DNA of 41,422 nt, taken from positions 1-41,422 of the forward strand of contig JANQOC010000717.1 in NCBI GenBank assembly GCA_028279265.1. Reading direction: 5' to 3'. Made by a program: the position numbers and the translations under genes. Below, one piece after another: positions 40,543-41,422 of this stretch (its first letter is position 1; each line of letters begins with the position of its first letter). The stretch comes from Hyphomicrobiales bacterium. Its GTDB lineage: Bacteria; Pseudomonadota; Alphaproteobacteria; Rhizobiales; CAYWUX01. The notes beneath the pieces are model-generated. The model made no database searches, had not been told where the DNA came from, and was given only the letters and a program-made list of their open reading frames with translations.

Positions 40543-40831
40543 TGTGGTATTTTGTGACGTCGGGGGCTTGAACCAGATCAACGCCCCGGCAATGAAGACT
40601 CTAGGGGCTTCAGGGGAAGAGATCTCGGAAAGCGGTTCAAATCAGACAACCACGGCGGCGGCGACCTCGACCCGTCGGTTTGCCCGCGTGGCGACGGATG
40701 CGGCGGTTTATGTGAGTTTTGGCAACGCTCCAAACGCCACTAGCGACGGCGGTCGGGTTATGCTTCCATCAGGAAGTGTTGAATATTTCTTATGCAATGT
40801 AGGCGATATTGCCGCTGTTGTAACGGTGTAA
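40532..40831 (+). CDS. Small beta-rich virion protein (unknown role)
   Basis: ATG 40532 (the track start 40523 is TTG), overlapping the portal stop by 11 nt. ...RFARVATDAAVYVSFGNAPNATSDGGRVMLPSGSVEYFLCNVGDIAAVVTV. Confidence 0.55.
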   Translation: MTVSVVFCDVGGLNQINAPAMKTLGASGEEISESGSNQTTTAAATSTRRFARVATDAAVYVSFGNAPNATSDGGRVMLPSGSVEYFLCNVGDIAAVVTV

Positions 40832-40835
40832 CTCT

Positions 40836-41422
40836 ATGCTGGTTCAACCAGGAAAATTGATGACGGCAGCGCAGTTGAGCGGGGGGACGCCAGCGGCGTT
40901 CAGTGCCAATTTTAAAACCCTACCCCTGTCAAGCACGGGCTGGTTCCAAGGGCTGGACGGAACTTTTTTCCGCACCTCTCCTGCAAGGCAGTTCAATATT
41001 AATGGGGAGCTGGAGTACGCAGCGCATAATTTTCACACATATACCGAGAATTGGGAAGATGCTGGATGGACGGAAACCAATGGCACGTTGACCGCTGCAC
41101 CTTCTGAAACAGTCCCTGGATACGATGCCTCGGTTTCCTTATTCACAGAAGGGACAGACACGGCAGTCGAGCATTCTATCGGTGTTAGCTCAACATTCGT
41201 TATTCCTACAGATCAATCGGTTACCGCTCAAATCCTTTTGAAAGCAAACGTAAATGATCATGTTCGAATTGCTATTTTTGCGTTCACAAATTATCAGGGA
41301 TATTTCAATATCTCATCCGGTAGCGTTGGAACGGCTACGGGCGGCAGCGGTTCTCTTACAAGCAGCATAACATCGCTTGGCAATGATTATTATTTAATAA
41401 AAATAACAGACACGCCGAATAA
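40836..41422 (+). CDS. N-terminal part of the junction-spanning fibre/adhesin-like gene (continues at base 100)
   Basis: ATG at 40836, 5 nt after the upstream stop. The frame is open to the contig end with no stop (MLVQPGKLMTAAQLSGG...WTETNGTLTAAP...GNDYYLIKITDTPN). It is missing from the ORF track only because it has no stop in the window. Confidence 0.75.
   Translation, partial: MLVQPGKLMTAAQLSGGTPAAFSANFKTLPLSSTGWFQGLDGTFFRTSPARQFNINGELEYAAHNFHTYTENWEDAGWTETNGTLTAAPSETVPGYDASVSLFTEGTDTAVEHSIGVSSTFVIPTDQSVTAQILLKANVNDHVRIAIFAFTNYQGYFNISSGSVGTATGGSGSLTSSITSLGNDYYLIKITDTPN
41324..41422. repeat. Terminal direct repeat, copy 2 (exact duplicate of 1..99)
   Basis: Identical 99-mer at both contig ends. 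Confidence 0.95.

Noticed and set aside
2455-40836. Invertible segment or hix/gix-like inverted repeats around the fibre genes for the invertase-type recombinase
   Set aside because: I saw no inverted repeats flanking either fibre gene or an alternative C-terminal cassette. This cannot be excluded without a computational inverted-repeat scan.

Overview
The window is one complete phage genome. Bases 1-99 are repeated exactly at 41324-41422, so this is a circular or circularly permuted contig with about 41,323 unique bp, and a ~980-aa fibre-like gene reads in frame across the junction.

Gene layout:
- Rightward arm (29061 -> end -> 20098): Cro/YdaS-like HTH, GcrA-like factor, small ORFs, a polytopic membrane protein, a DUF1376 + DnaD-like replication organiser, an AT-richer cluster of mini-genes, terS, terL, portal, a junction-spanning modular adhesin, scaffold, major capsid, a small capsid-associated protein, a Maf-like (DUF115)-SAM methyltransferase fusion, adaptor- and nozzle-like proteins, a GNAT-like protein, a coiled-coil protein with an S74 auto-chaperone, two large ejection-type proteins, a Gly-rich tail fibre, and a lysis cassette (amidase, overlapped spanins, membrane protein).
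- Leftward arm (29049 -> 20340): an Acb2-like candidate, Gp157-like, RecT, many small unknowns, a Ref-like HNH, a mini membrane peptide plus lipoprotein, a small serine recombinase heading a translationally coupled chain, then two independently terminated morons (an outer-membrane beta-barrel and an AT-rich unknown).

I saw no tape measure, tail tube or sheath, DNA or RNA polymerase, tyrosine integrase, clear CI repressor, tRNA or CRISPR. That points to a podovirus-like phage. The GcrA-like gene and the Omp25/Lom-type OMP suggest an alphaproteobacterial host. Whether it is temperate is unresolved.

Most interesting observations:
- the Maf-like/methyltransferase fusion in the capsid module, a candidate virion-modification system;
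- the GNAT-like gene plus S74 needle-like protein in the ejection module;
- a GANTC-rich palindrome upstream of the OMP moron in a phage that also encodes a GcrA-like factor;
- an exact 13-mer upstream of three unrelated transcription units;
- a dual-frame region that a -1 shift would turn into a two-TM holin;
- an ATGAGC start-junction motif shared by six consecutive mini-genes.

All family calls come from reading motifs by eye. No database search was run.
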